The translations under genes and the position numbers were made by a program. Of a stretch of 64,000 nucleotides of DNA, positions 1-12,647 are shown in pieces. The DNA comes from Escherichia coli (GTDB taxonomy: Bacteria; Pseudomonadota; Gammaproteobacteria; Enterobacterales; Enterobacteriaceae): assembly GCF_044324785.1 (NCBI RefSeq), contig NZ_CP172127.1; one strand, written 5' to 3'. How positions within the stretch are numbered: the first letter of the stretch is position 1; each line of letters opens with the position of its first letter. The notes below the pieces were generated by a model that made no database searches, was not told the origin of the DNA, and saw only the letters and a program-made list of their open reading frames with translations.

Positions 1-495
1 GCGGTGGTTGAAGGTCTGGAAGGATCGTTAAACGTACCGGTTAGCGAAACGGTGATGTGGACTAATAACATCACTTATATGCTGAAGAGTGAAAACAAAA
101 CCACGGGCGACCGTTTGTCGATCATCCCGGAGTATACGTTGAACTCAACGCTGAGCTGGCAGGCACGGGAAGATTTGTCGATGCAAACAACCTTCACCTG
201 GTACGGCAAGCAGCAGCCGAAGAAGTACAACTATAAAGGTCAGCCAGCGGTTGGACCGGAAACCAAAGAAATCAGCCCGTACAGCATTGTTGGCCTGAGC
301 GCGACCTGGGATGTAACGAAGAATGTCAGTCTGACCGGCGGCGTGGACAACCTGTTCGACAAACGTTTGTGGCGTGCGGGTAATGCCCAGACCACAGGCG
401 ATCTGGCAGGAGCCAACTATATCGCCGGTGCCGGGGCATATACCTATAACGAGCCGGGACGTACGTGGTATATGAGCGTAAACACTCACTTCTGA
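1..495 (+). CDS. fepA: Ferrienterobactin TonB-dependent outer-membrane receptor FepA, C-terminal fragment (gene starts upstream of window)
   Basis: ORF 4..495 is open to the window edge; translation ends ...GRTWYMSVNTHF, typical TonB-dependent receptor C-terminal barrel with terminal aromatic residue; followed by entD as in the E. coli ent/fep cluster. Confidence 0.8.
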   Translation, partial: AVVEGLEGSLNVPVSETVMWTNNITYMLKSENKTTGDRLSIIPEYTLNSTLSWQAREDLSMQTTFTWYGKQQPKKYNYKGQPAVGPETKEISPYSIVGLSATWDVTKNVSLTGGVDNLFDKRLWRAGNAQTTGDLAGANYIAGAGAYTYNEPGRTWYMSVNTHF

Positions 496-506
496 TGCTA
501 ACGCTT

Positions 507-529
507 CCTCCCCCGATATTTGGGGGAGG
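507..529 (+). terminator. GC-rich hairpin (CCTCCCCC-loop-GGGGGAGG) between fepA and entD; possible attenuator/terminator
   Basis: Perfect 8-bp inverted repeat seen directly in sequence 12 nt after the fepA stop; no strong U-tract, so only a weak terminator. Confidence 0.3.
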
Positions 530-544
530 AATAATATAGTTGAC

Positions 545-1165
545 ATGAAAACTACGCATACCGCCCTCCCCTTTGCCGGACATACGCTGCATTTTGTTGA
601 GTTCGATCCGGCGAGTTTTCGCGAGCAGGATTTACTCTGGCTGCCACACTACGCACAACTGCAACACGCTGGACGTAAACGTAAAACAGAGCATTTAGCT
701 GGACGAATCGCTGCTGTTTATGCCTTGCGGGAATATGGCTATAAATATGTGCCCGCTATCGGCGAGCTACGCCAACCTGTGTGGCCTGCGGAGGTATACG
801 GCAGTATTAGCCACTGCGGGACTACGGCATTAGCCGTGGTATCTCGTCAACCGATTGGCATTGATATCGAAGAGATTTTCTCTGTACAAACCGCAAGAGA
901 ATTGACAGACAACATTATTACACCAGCAGAACACGAGCGACTCGCAGAATGCGGTTTAACCTTTTCTCTGGCGCTAACACTGGCATTTTCCGCCAAAGAG
1001 AGCGCATTTAAGGCATCGGAGAGACAAACTGATGCAGGATTTCTGGATTATCAGATAATTAGCTGGAATAAACAGCAGATCATCATTCGACTAGAGGATG
1101 AGCAGTTTGCTGTGCACTGGCAGATAAAAGAAAAAATAGTCATAACGCTGTGCCAACACGATTAA
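545..1165 (+). CDS. entD: Enterobactin synthase phosphopantetheinyl transferase EntD
   Basis: 206-aa ORF immediately downstream of fepA; sequence recognised as EntD (4'-phosphopantetheinyl transferase family). Confidence 0.8.
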   Translation: MKTTHTALPFAGHTLHFVEFDPASFREQDLLWLPHYAQLQHAGRKRKTEHLAGRIAAVYALREYGYKYVPAIGELRQPVWPAEVYGSISHCGTTALAVVSRQPIGIDIEEIFSVQTARELTDNIITPAEHERLAECGLTFSLALTLAFSAKESAFKASERQTDAGFLDYQIISWNKQQIIIRLEDEQFAVHWQIKEKIVITLCQHD

Positions 1166-1286
1166 TTGACGACATCTGGTACGATTCGCCCGCAGCCATC
1201 ACCGACCACGGGCGAAAGTGTAAAGCAGGTGCCTTACCACCCTGACCTGACAACCGGATATGCGGGGATTACTCCCCGCACAACGG

Positions 1287-1439
1287 CTACTTCTTCGGTT
1301 CGTAAGCGAGAACAGCCTTAAACTCAATATTACGTTCCTTCACCGTAAACTCACACAGCGAGTCTCCGACCAGAAGCGTAAATCCCAGTACCGTCAAACA
1401 CAGCACTATGACTGCCACAAGGGCATATTTCGTCAGCAT
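1287..1439 (-). CDS. hokE: Hok-family type I toxin (HokE-like), copy 1, 50 aa
   Basis: C-terminal 50 aa of ORF 1287..1583(-): [50 protein letters not shown]; single TM helix, conserved Hok-family Cys; longer in-frame upstream ORF resembles the overlapping mok arrangement. Confidence 0.75.
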   Translation of the reverse strand: MLTKYALVAVIVLCLTVLGFTLLVGDSLCEFTVKERNIEFKAVLAYEPKK

Positions 1440-1788
1440 GTTTATATTGCCTCCATGCGAAGAAGGGACTACCATCCAAATTGTCTGGTTTGGAGTGGCA
1501 GCCCCAGGGTTGATAGAAATATCTCCTGGGGCTTCATCTTTCCAGACCTCAGAGTAAACCTGAAACCGGAAAGCTTCAGGCACCCGCCGTTATCTTACCC
1601 TTCCTTAGCAAAATATCTGTTTATTTATACAGTGAGTCCTGTTTCGGACTTCTGTCGGCAAAACTCATCATTGCTCTTAAAACGAAATCGCCCGCAGCCA
1701 TTGCTGACCGCGGGCGAAAGTGTAAAACAGGTGCCTTACCACCCTAACCTGACAACCGGATATGCGGGGATTACTCCCCGCACAACGG

Positions 1789-1941
1789 CTACTTCTTCGG
1801 TTCGTAAGCGAGAACAGCCTTAAACTCAATATTACGTTCCTTCACCGTAAACTCACACAGCGAGTCTCCGACCAGAAGCGTAAATCCCAGCACCGTCAAA
1901 CACAGCACTATGACTGCCGCAAGGGCATATTTCGTCAGCAT
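1789..1941 (-). CDS. hokE: Hok-family type I toxin (HokE-like), copy 2, 50 aa (V8A relative to copy 1)
   Basis: C-terminal 50 aa of ORF 1789..1977(-): [50 protein letters not shown]; lies in the second copy of the tandem repeat. Confidence 0.7.
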   Translation of the reverse strand: MLTKYALAAVIVLCLTVLGFTLLVGDSLCEFTVKERNIEFKAVLAYEPKK

Positions 1942-2375
1942 GTTTATATTGCCTCCATGCGAAGAAGGGACTACCATCCAAATTGTTTGGGTTTGGAGTG
2001 GCAGCCCCAGGGTTGATAGAAATATCGTCCTGGGGCTTCATCTTTCCAGACCTCAGAGTAAACCTGAAACCGGAAAGCTTCAGACACCCGCCGTTATCTT
2101 ACCCTTCCTTAGCAAAATAGCTGTTTATTTATACAGTAAGTCCTGTTTCGGACTTCTCAATCCTCATTTGATCAACTGAAGCTGAACCCGTTTTTTTCTG
2201 CATGCCTCAATCGTCAAAATTCTTCGCCACCAGTCCGCACTGCCATAACTTGTCATATTGCAAAATGTAGCCAATTTGCTTCAGTCACCATCACCAAAAA
2301 AAAGAAACATTCCAGAACTTCCGCATCTCGCCCAGTCGCTCCCACTTCTATACTGAATAGAAAACGCCAACATAA

Positions 2376-3503
<1,128 letters not shown>

Positions 3504-3568
3504 GCCGGGAATTGCCTTACAGAAGAATATCCCTGACAATGGTGTTTTAACTTACATTTAACAATGTT

Positions 3569-3817
3569 ATGAAACACCCTTTAGAAACCTTGACCACCGC
3601 AGCAGGCATTTTGCTGATGGCTTTCCTTTCTTGCCTGCTGCTGCCCGCCCCCGCACTGGGGCTGACGCTGGCACAAAAACTGGTGACCATGTTCCATCTG
3701 ATGGATCTTAGCCAGCTTTACACTTTATTGTTTTGTCTGTGGTTTTTAGTGCTGGGCGCTATTGAGTATTTTGTTCTGCGCTTTATCTGGCGACGCTGGT
3801 TCTCGCTGGCGGATTAA
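3569..3817 (+). CDS. ybdJ: Small inner-membrane protein YbdJ (DUF1158)
   Basis: 82-aa hydrophobic ORF between ybdK and ybdF, same length and order as K-12. Confidence 0.65.
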   Translation: MKHPLETLTTAAGILLMAFLSCLLLPAPALGLTLAQKLVTMFHLMDLSQLYTLLFCLWFLVLGAIEYFVLRFIWRRWFSLAD

Positions 3818-3881
3818 ACGTCGATTATCGCCGTACTTCGCGGCATACTTTGCTTATTCTCCTTCGCCTAAAGGAACGTTT

Positions 3882-4250
3882 ATGGATAAGCAATCACTGC
3901 ACGAAACGGCGAAACGCCTGGCCCTTGAGTTACCCTTTGTCGAGCTTTGCTGGCCTTTTGGCCCGGAGTTCGATGTTTTTAAAATTGGCGGCAAGATTTT
4001 TATGCTGTCGTCAGAGCTGCGCGGCGTCCCCTTTATCAATCTGAAGTCCGATCCACAAAAATCCCTGTTAAATCAGCAAATATACCCGAGCATCAAGCCA
4101 GGGTATCACATGAATAAAAAGCACTGGATTTCAGTGTATCCCGGCGAGGAAATCTCCGAAGCGTTACTTAGCGATCTGATCAACGATTCGTGGAATCTGG
4201 TGGTTGATGGTCTGGCTAAACGCGATCAAAAAAGAGTGCGTCCAGGCTAA
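3882..4250 (+). CDS. ybdF: Conserved protein YbdF (DUF419)
   Basis: ORF 3762..4250; internal ATG at 3882 preceded by AAGGAA gives 122 aa ([12 protein letters not shown]...), matching K-12 YbdF length. Confidence 0.65.
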   Translation: MDKQSLHETAKRLALELPFVELCWPFGPEFDVFKIGGKIFMLSSELRGVPFINLKSDPQKSLLNQQIYPSIKPGYHMNKKHWISVYPGEEISEALLSDLINDSWNLVVDGLAKRDQKRVRPG

Positions 4251-4343
4251 AGCGGAAATCTATAGCGCATTTTTCTCGCTTACCATTTCTCGTTGAACCT
4301 TGTAATCTGCTGGCACGCAAAATTACTTTCACATGGAGTCTTT

Positions 4344-4997
4344 ATGGATATCATTTCTGTCGCCTTAAAGCGTCATTCCACTAAGGCATTTGATGCCAGC
4401 AAAAAACTTACCCCGGAACAGGCCGAGCAGATCAAAACTCTCCTGCAATACAGCCCATCCAGTACCAACTCCCAGCCGTGGCATTTTATTGTTGCCAGCA
4501 CGGAAGAAGGTAAAGCGCGTGTTGCCAAATCCGCTGCCGGTAATTACGTGTTCAACGAGCGTAAAATGCTTGATGCCTCGCACGTCGTGGTGTTCTGTGC
4601 AAAAACCGCGATGGACGATGCCTGGCTGAAGCTGGTTGTTGACCAGGAAGATGCCGATGGCCGCTTTGCCACGCCAGAAGCGAAAGCCGCGAACGATAAA
4701 GGTCGCAAGTTCTTCGCTGATATGCACCGTAAAGATCTGCATGATGATGCGCAGTGGATGGCAAAACAGGTTTATCTCAACGTCGGTAACTTCCTGCTCG
4801 GCGTGGCGGCTCTGGGTCTGGACGCGGTACCCATCGAAGGTTTTGACGCCGCCATCCTCGATGAAGAATTTGGTCTGAAAGAGAAAGGCTACACCAGTCT
4901 GGTGGTTGTTCCGGTAGGTCATCACAGCGTTGAAGATTTTAACGCTACGCTGCCGAAATCTCGTCTGCCGCAAAACATCACCTTAACCGAAGTGTAA
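4344..4997 (+). CDS. nfsB: Oxygen-insensitive NAD(P)H nitroreductase NfsB
   Basis: ATG at 4344 preceded by GGAG; 217 aa [31 protein letters not shown]..., recognised as NfsB. Confidence 0.85.
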   Translation: MDIISVALKRHSTKAFDASKKLTPEQAEQIKTLLQYSPSSTNSQPWHFIVASTEEGKARVAKSAAGNYVFNERKMLDASHVVVFCAKTAMDDAWLKLVVDQEDADGRFATPEAKAANDKGRKFFADMHRKDLHDDAQWMAKQVYLNVGNFLLGVAALGLDAVPIEGFDAAILDEEFGLKEKGYTSLVVVPVGHHSVEDFNATLPKSRLPQNITLTEV

Positions 4998-5005
4998 TTC
5001 TCTCT

Positions 5006-5023
5006 TGCCGGGCATCTGCCCGG
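5006..5023 (+). terminator. Hairpin GCCGGGCA-TCTGCCCGGC downstream of nfsB; likely terminator
   Basis: Inverted repeat seen 9 nt after the nfsB stop, followed by TATTTCCCC. Confidence 0.4.
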
Positions 5024-5056
5024 CTATTTCCCCTCAGATTCTCCTGATTTGCATAA

Positions 5057-6352
<1,296 letters not shown>

Positions 6353-6360
6353 TTAAAAAA

Positions 6361-6390
6361 ACCGCTCTCATCGAATGGATGAGAGCGGAC
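6361..6390. terminator. Bidirectional hairpin (CCGCTCTCATC-GAATG-GATGAGAGCGG) between convergent ybdG and pheP
   Basis: 11-bp perfect inverted repeat seen in sequence between two convergent genes, flanked by A-run and T-run. Confidence 0.5.
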
Positions 6391-6419
6391 ATCGTTTTGT
6401 CGGATGTAGCGTGAATGCC

Positions 6420-7796
6420 TTATTTCCGACGCAGCGTTTTAAATGCTACAAACAGGAATACAATCCACACCGGCAGCAGAATCGCTGACAAGCGCATATC
6501 ATCCATCGTGCACATCAGCAGCAAAATCATGCCGAGGAAAGCGATGCAGAGATAGTTGCCGAACGGATAGAGCAGCGCCTTAAACTGTGTTTCACGTCCC
6601 TGACGTCGCATCGCCGCGCGAAAACGCAGATGCGCCAGGCAGATCATAATCCAGTTCAATAGCAGCGTTGCTACCACCAGCGCCATCAGCAGACCAAACG
6701 CTTTTTGCGGCAGCAGATAGTTGATTAACACCACCAGCGAAGTGATGGCTCCGGAAAGCATCAGCGAGTTAATCGGCACACCGCGACGGCTGACGCGAGT
6801 CAAAAACTTCGGCGCATTACCCTGCACAGAAAGGCCAAACAGCATGCGGCTGTTAGAGTAAACCCCGCTGTTATACACTGACAGCGATGCTACCAGAATG
6901 ACGAAGTTCAGCGCAGAAGCTACCACGTTGCTGTCGAGATTATGGAAAATCATCACAAACGGGCTACTGTTGGATTTCACTTCCACCCACGGATAGAGCG
7001 CCAGTAAAACCACCAGTGAACCGATGTAAAACAGCAGGATGCGATACACCACCTGATTTACCGCTTTTGGAATGCTTTTTTCCGGATCGCGCGCTTCAGC
7101 GGCAGTAATCCCAATCAGCTCCAGACCGCCGAAGGAGAACATAATTACCGCCAGCGACAAAATCAGCCCATTCCAGCCGGTGGCGAAGAAACCACCGTAG
7201 CGCCAGAGGTTGTCGATACTGGCTTTCTCGCCGCCGTGACCAGAAAACAGCAGCCACAGGCCAAAGCCGATCATACCGATGATTGCCAGCACTTTAATCA
7301 GCGCAAACCAGAACTCGGTTTCGCCATATAAGCGCACGTTCACCAGGTTAACGGCGTTGATGATAATAAAGAAGGCGGCAGCCCAAATCCACGTTGGAAC
7401 ATCCGGGAACCAGTACTGCATATAGATGCCCGCAGCGGTCAGCTCTGCCATTCCCACCAGCACGAACATTACCCAGTAGTTCCAGCCAGAGAGGAAGCCC
7501 GCAAACGGTCCCCAGTATTTATAGGCAAAGTGGGCAAATGAACCGGATACCGGCTCTTCGACCACCATCTCGCCGAGCTGGCGCATAATCAGGAAAGCGA
7601 TGATCCCGGCGACGCCGTAGCCCAGCAATACAGCCGGACCCGCCATCTGAATCGCCGGGCCAATGCCAAGAAACAGACCAGTACCAATTGCGCCACCCAG
7701 CGCAATCAGTTGAATATGACGGTTATGTAATCCGCGATGAAGCGTCGGCTCTTGATTCGACGCAGTATCTTCCGATACGGTTGACGCGTTTTTCAC
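6420..7796 (-). CDS. pheP: Phenylalanine-specific permease PheP (APC family)
   Basis: ORF 6420..7832(-); GTG at 7796 gives 458 aa VKNASTVSEDTASNQEPTLHRGLHNRHIQ..., matching PheP. Confidence 0.8.
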   Translation of the reverse strand: MKNASTVSEDTASNQEPTLHRGLHNRHIQLIALGGAIGTGLFLGIGPAIQMAGPAVLLGYGVAGIIAFLIMRQLGEMVVEEPVSGSFAHFAYKYWGPFAGFLSGWNYWVMFVLVGMAELTAAGIYMQYWFPDVPTWIWAAAFFIIINAVNLVNVRLYGETEFWFALIKVLAIIGMIGFGLWLLFSGHGGEKASIDNLWRYGGFFATGWNGLILSLAVIMFSFGGLELIGITAAEARDPEKSIPKAVNQVVYRILLFYIGSLVVLLALYPWVEVKSNSSPFVMIFHNLDSNVVASALNFVILVASLSVYNSGVYSNSRMLFGLSVQGNAPKFLTRVSRRGVPINSLMLSGAITSLVVLINYLLPQKAFGLLMALVVATLLLNWIMICLAHLRFRAAMRRQGRETQFKALLYPFGNYLCIAFLGMILLLMCTMDDMRLSAILLPVWIVFLFVAFKTLRRK

Positions 7797-7897
7797 GCCT
7801 TTCCCCTGTGTGTCTTTTTTGTTGAGGGGCACCTTTTAACATTTAGTGCCCATCGTCGCAAGACACAATCCACACGGTTAAACCGGGTATCCTGCTT

Positions 7898-10800
7898 TTA
7901 TTTACGTACCCGATGTCGGTGCAGCCACATCAGCTTATACGCCGCCGGGATAATAAACAGCGACAGCAAAGGCGCGGTGATCATGCCGCCAATCATCGGC
8001 GCGGCAATCCGGCTCATCACCTCTGAACCTGCTCCCGTCCCCCACAGAATCGGCAGCAGACCGGCGATAATCACCGCCACCGTCATCGCTTTCGGGCGCA
8101 CGCGCAGGACCGCGCCGTGATATAACGCCTCATCCAGCTTCTGCTCACTGAATGTTTGCGGATTATTCAACGACGGCTCGGCCTCTATAGCGTGACGTAA
8201 ATACATCAGCATCACCACGCCAAATTCGGCGGCGACCCCGGCAAGGGCGATAAAGCCGGTGCCCGTTGCCACAGAAAGATGAAAGCCCATCCACCACAGC
8301 AACCAGATTCCGCCCACCAGCGCAAACGGTACGCTGCTGATAATCAGCAACGCTTCGCCCACCCGACGGAACGCCAGATACAACAGCACGAAGATGATCA
8401 TCAACGTCATCGGCACCATGAGTTTCAGCTTATGGTTGGCGCGCTCCAGTAGCTCGAACTGCCCGGAGAATGCCACGCTGGTACCCGGTTTTAACTGCAC
8501 TTTTTCAGCTATCGCTTTTTGCAGATCGTGAACCACCGACACCATGTCACGATCGCGGGCATCGATATAAATCCAGCTCGTCGGGCGCGCATTCTCGGTT
8601 TTCAGCATCGACGGTCCGGTAGAGACTTTAACGTCAGCCACGTCTGCCAGGGTGATTTGCTGCTTCATCGGCGTCAGAATCGGCAACTGGCGCAACGCCT
8701 GCGGACTATCGCGCCAGCTTTGCGGATAACGCAGATTAATTGGATAACGGGCAATCCCTTCCACCGTTTCGCCAACCATCGCCCCGCCCACCGCAGAAGT
8801 CACAAACAATTGCACATCTGCCACCGTCATACCGTAACGCGCGGCTTTTTCACGGTTAATCTCAACGTTGATATAGCGCCCACCTTCCAGACGCTCGGCA
8901 AGCGCAGAAGCTACGCCTGGCACCGTTCGCGCCACTTCTTCAATTTGCTCCGCCATCGCGTCGATATCCGCCAGCACAGTGCCGGAAACTTTAATGCCGA
9001 TGGGGCTTTTAATGCCAGTCGAGAGCATATCAATACGGTTACGAATTGGCGGCACCCACAGATTCGCCAGCCCCGGCAGCCGCACGGTGTTATCCAGTTC
9101 CTCGATGATTTTGTCCATCGTCATGCCAGGCCGCCACTGATCTTGTGGCTTAAGCTGGATAGTCGTTTCTACCATCTCCAGTGGAGCTGAATCGGTGGCG
9201 GTTTCCGCTTTCCCGGTTTTGCCAAATACCCGCGCCACTTCCGGTACGCTCATAATCAGCTTGTCGGTTTTTTGCAGCATGCTCGCCGCCTCTGCTGCGG
9301 AAATCCCCGGCAGCGTCGATGGCATATACAACAAGTCGCCTTCATTGATCTGCGGTAAAAATTCCCCGCCAACTTTATTGAGCGGCCAGAGAACCGTCAG
9401 CACCGAAAGCGCTGCCACCAACAGCGTGGTTTTCGGCCAGTGCAGTACTTTCAGCAACAGCGGATGATAAACACGAATCAAAAAGCGATTGAGCGGGTTA
9501 CTGCTTTCCGGCGGAATTTTGCCACGGATCCAGTAGCCCATCAGGATCGGGATCACTACGATCGCCAGTAGCGCCGCGCCCGCCATCGCATAGGTTTTGG
9601 TGAACGCCAGCGGGCCAAACAGACGACCTTCCTGCCCTTCCAGGGTGAAGATCGGGATAAACGACAGCGTGATAATCAGCAGACTGATAAACAGCGCCGG
9701 CCCCACTTCAACAGATGCATCGGTGATCACCTGCCAGCGCGTTTTATTATCCAGCGTGGCGTCAGGATGCTGGTGCTGCCACTCTTCCAGCCGTTTATGC
9801 GCATTCTCGATCATGACGATAGCGGCATCGACCATCGCCCCGACGGCAATCGCAATACCGCCCAGCGACATAATATTGGCGTTCAGTCCCTGAAAGTGCA
9901 TGACAATAAAAGCAATACACAACCCCAGCGGCAACGAAATAATCGCCACCAGCGCCGAGCGCACATGCCAGAGAAACAGCGCACAGACTACCGCCACCAC
10001 AATAAACTCTTCCAGCAACTTGCCGCTGAGGTTGTCGATGGCGCGGTCAATGAGCTGACTGCGATCGTATGTTGTAACTATCTCCACGCCTTCCGGCAGA
10101 CTGCTTTTCAGCGTTTCCAGTTTGTCCTTCACGGCGGCGATCACTTCACGGGCGTTTTTGCCGGAACGCAGGATCACCACCCCGCCCGCCACTTCGCCTT
10201 CGCCGTTCAGTTCGGCAATGCCCCGGCGCATCTCCGGGCCAACCTGGACCTTCGCAACATCACGCAGATAAACGGGCACGCCATTTTCACTGGCTTTTAA
10301 AACGATGTGATTAAAGTCGTCAAGCGTTTGCAGATAGCCGCTGGCGCGCACCATATATTCCGCTTCCGCCAGTTCGATCGACGAACCGCCCGCTTCCTGG
10401 TTTGAAGCATCCAGCGCGCTTTTTACTTCGGCGAGACTGATGCCATACTGCGCCAGGCGCTGAGGATCGATAACCACCTGATACTCTTTCACCACACCGC
10501 CCACCGACGCCACTTCCGCAACGTCAGGGATGGTTTTTAGCTCATATTTGAGAAACCAGTCCTGCAATGAGCGTAAATCGGCCAGATCGTGCTTACCGCT
10601 GCGATCCACCAGTGCATATTCATAGATCCAGCCAACACCCGTGGCATCTGGCCCCAGCTCGGCGCTGACTCCCGCAGGCAGCTTACCCTGTACCTGGTTG
10701 AGGTACTCCAGCACCCGCGAGCGCGCCCAGTATGGATCGGTGCCATCTTCGAAAATAACATACACATAAGAGTCGCCAAACTGCGAGAAACCACGCACAG

Positions 10801-11041
10801 TCTTCGCGCCAGGCACCGACAACATCGTGGTGGTTAGCGGATAAGTCACCTGATTTTCAACGATTTGCGGTGCCTGACCGGGATAGCTGGTTTTAATAAT
10901 CACCTGCACATCGGAGAGATCCGGCAGCGCATCCACTGGCGTGTTAATGATGGTCCAGGTGCCCCAGATACTCAGAAACAACGCGCCCATCAGCACCAGA
11001 AAACGGTTCGCCACCGAGCGACGAATAATCCATTCAATCAT
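7898..11041 (-). CDS. cusA: Cu(I)/Ag(I) efflux RND transporter CusA
   Basis: 1047-aa RND pump ORF; recognised sequence; follows cusB and cusF. Confidence 0.9.
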   Translation of the reverse strand: MIEWIIRRSVANRFLVLMGALFLSIWGTWTIINTPVDALPDLSDVQVIIKTSYPGQAPQIVENQVTYPLTTTMLSVPGAKTVRGFSQFGDSYVYVIFEDGTDPYWARSRVLEYLNQVQGKLPAGVSAELGPDATGVGWIYEYALVDRSGKHDLADLRSLQDWFLKYELKTIPDVAEVASVGGVVKEYQVVIDPQRLAQYGISLAEVKSALDASNQEAGGSSIELAEAEYMVRASGYLQTLDDFNHIVLKASENGVPVYLRDVAKVQVGPEMRRGIAELNGEGEVAGGVVILRSGKNAREVIAAVKDKLETLKSSLPEGVEIVTTYDRSQLIDRAIDNLSGKLLEEFIVVAVVCALFLWHVRSALVAIISLPLGLCIAFIVMHFQGLNANIMSLGGIAIAVGAMVDAAIVMIENAHKRLEEWQHQHPDATLDNKTRWQVITDASVEVGPALFISLLIITLSFIPIFTLEGQEGRLFGPLAFTKTYAMAGAALLAIVVIPILMGYWIRGKIPPESSNPLNRFLIRVYHPLLLKVLHWPKTTLLVAALSVLTVLWPLNKVGGEFLPQINEGDLLYMPSTLPGISAAEAASMLQKTDKLIMSVPEVARVFGKTGKAETATDSAPLEMVETTIQLKPQDQWRPGMTMDKIIEELDNTVRLPGLANLWVPPIRNRIDMLSTGIKSPIGIKVSGTVLADIDAMAEQIEEVARTVPGVASALAERLEGGRYINVEINREKAARYGMTVADVQLFVTSAVGGAMVGETVEGIARYPINLRYPQSWRDSPQALRQLPILTPMKQQITLADVADVKVSTGPSMLKTENARPTSWIYIDARDRDMVSVVHDLQKAIAEKVQLKPGTSVAFSGQFELLERANHKLKLMVPMTLMIIFVLLYLAFRRVGEALLIISSVPFALVGGIWLLWWMGFHLSVATGTGFIALAGVAAEFGVVMLMYLRHAIEAEPSLNNPQTFSEQKLDEALYHGAVLRVRPKAMTVAVIIAGLLPILWGTGAGSEVMSRIAAPMIGGMITAPLLSLFIIPAAYKLMWLHRHRVRK

Positions 11042-11052
11042 TGGTTATTCCC

Positions 11053-12276
11053 TCAATGCGCATGGGTAGCACTTTCAGAGCGCATCCGCTCCAGTGCGCC
11101 AGAAATATTGGCTTCGGAATCAATCAGGAACAGGCCGCTGGAAACCACCTTTTCACCTTCCGCCAGACCAGAGCGTAACGCGGTGACGCCTTGCGATGCC
11201 TGGAAAACGGCAACGCGTTTCGGTACAAAGCGCCCGTCGGCATCAACGGTAATCACCCGCTGTTCGTTGCCGGTATCAATCAGCGCCTGTGACGGAATGA
11301 GCAGCATCGGTTCGCTAGCGGTATTGAGTTGCAACCAGGCGTTCATTCCCGGTTTTAGCGCCTCGTCGGCGTTGTCGACTTCCAGACGCAGCTGCAGCGT
11401 GCGGGTCGCGGCATCCACGCCGGGTAGCAGGGTCCATTTGCGAATGGTGAGTGTTTTATCCGGTCGCGCCGGAACGGTGAGCGTAAACTGCGGGGCATCT
11501 TTCACCAGCCAGGCGATGGACTCCGGGATCGCTGCAGTGACCCACACCGGGTCCATACCCTGAATTTTCGCGACCACGTTATCTTTGGCGATATTCATAC
11601 CCGCACGCAGATCAAACGCGGTGATCACGCCATCAATGGGCGCTTTGAGCGTAAAGCGAGTCTGGATTTTTTGCGTGGCGATCAGGCGGCGAATATCCGC
11701 CTCCGGCATTCCCGCCAGTCTCAGCCGCTCAAGAATGCCTTCAGTCTGGGTCGCCGTACCGCCGGTTTCGCGCAGCAGTAAATACTCACTCTGCGCTTCC
11801 ACCCAGTCGGGAATGGTCAGGTCGAGAAGCGGCGCGCCCTTTTGCACTTTATCGCCCACGGTAAGCGGATACACCTTGTCGATAAACCCGGCGGCGCGGG
11901 CCTGCACAATGGCATACTGATACTCGTTGTAACTGACATTCGCCGGGAAACTCTGGGCAAAAGTCAGCGGCCCGCGCGTGACGGTAGCCGTTTTCACCCC
12001 CAGATTCTGCGTCTGAGTCGGGTCAATGCGCACACCAGACGCAGAACTCTCTTCATCGGCATATTTCGGCACCAGATCCATATCCATAAACGGCGATTTA
12101 CCTGGTTTATCGAACCGCGTATTGGGATACATCGGGTCGTACCAGAATAAGACTTTACGTTCTGCGGTCGACGTTTTTTCTGCGGGCAGTTCAGCCCGGT
12201 CAAACCAGGTAAAACCTGCCGCAGAAATAATACCGCCCGCGATCATGCTGCCGATAATAAGCGCGATTTTTTTCAT
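11053..12276 (-). CDS. cusB: Cu(I)/Ag(I) efflux membrane fusion protein CusB
   Basis: 407-aa ORF between cusF and cusA; MFP family. Confidence 0.9.
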   Translation of the reverse strand: MKKIALIIGSMIAGGIISAAGFTWFDRAELPAEKTSTAERKVLFWYDPMYPNTRFDKPGKSPFMDMDLVPKYADEESSASGVRIDPTQTQNLGVKTATVTRGPLTFAQSFPANVSYNEYQYAIVQARAAGFIDKVYPLTVGDKVQKGAPLLDLTIPDWVEAQSEYLLLRETGGTATQTEGILERLRLAGMPEADIRRLIATQKIQTRFTLKAPIDGVITAFDLRAGMNIAKDNVVAKIQGMDPVWVTAAIPESIAWLVKDAPQFTLTVPARPDKTLTIRKWTLLPGVDAATRTLQLRLEVDNADEALKPGMNAWLQLNTASEPMLLIPSQALIDTGNEQRVITVDADGRFVPKRVAVFQASQGVTALRSGLAEGEKVVSSGLFLIDSEANISGALERMRSESATHAH

Positions 12277-12291
12277 CTCATTAAACCTGGG

Positions 12292-12624
12292 TTACTGGCT
12301 GACTTTAATATCTTGTAATAAAGAAAGGCTGCCCTGCTGGACAAAATTAAACGCCACTTTGTCGCCGGTTTTAATTTCACTCATTTTCGTCTGCGGGGTG
12401 ATAGTAAAGCGCATGGTCATCTCCGGCCAGTTCACGGCAGCAATCGGATCGTGATGGATGGTGATTTTTTTGCTTTCCAGATCAACACCTTTTACCACGC
12501 CAGTGGCGCTAATAACCTGCGGTTGTACTTCGCTCATGGTTTCATGATGATGTTCGTTAGCCTGGGCATTAAAGCCAATAACGGTAAACAGACTGAACAT
12601 TGCGACTTGCAGTGCTTTTTTCAT
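12292..12624 (-). CDS. cusF: Periplasmic Cu(I)/Ag(I) metallochaperone CusF
   Basis: 110-aa ORF with signal peptide and His-rich region (ANEHHHETMSE). Confidence 0.9.
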   Translation of the reverse strand: MKKALQVAMFSLFTVIGFNAQANEHHHETMSEVQPQVISATGVVKGVDLESKKITIHHDPIAAVNWPEMTMRFTITPQTKMSEIKTGDKVAFNFVQQGSLSLLQDIKVSQ

Positions 12625-12647
12625 TTATTCTCTCCTGGAGTTAAAAA

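Larger units (their letters stand above)
1178..2160. repeat. Tandem direct duplication (~502-bp unit, two near-identical copies) of the hokE type I toxin locus
   Basis: Sequence 1178-1680 repeats almost base-for-base at 1685-2160 (period 502 bp, e.g. 1260 vs 1762); ORF track shows paired near-identical ORFs on both strands. Confidence 0.85.

Noticed and set aside
1260-2179. Plus-strand ORFs of 84-187 aa across the hok duplication ([19 protein letters not shown]...)
   Set aside because: They run antisense through the hok/mok region and are duplicated only because the DNA is; any real + strand product here would be the small Sok-type antisense RNA, not these proteins
8519-10300. Several 90-223 aa + strand ORFs within the cusA region
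   Set aside because: Antisense to the well-supported 1047-aa cusA gene; Arg/His-rich low-complexity translations typical of spurious reverse-frame ORFs
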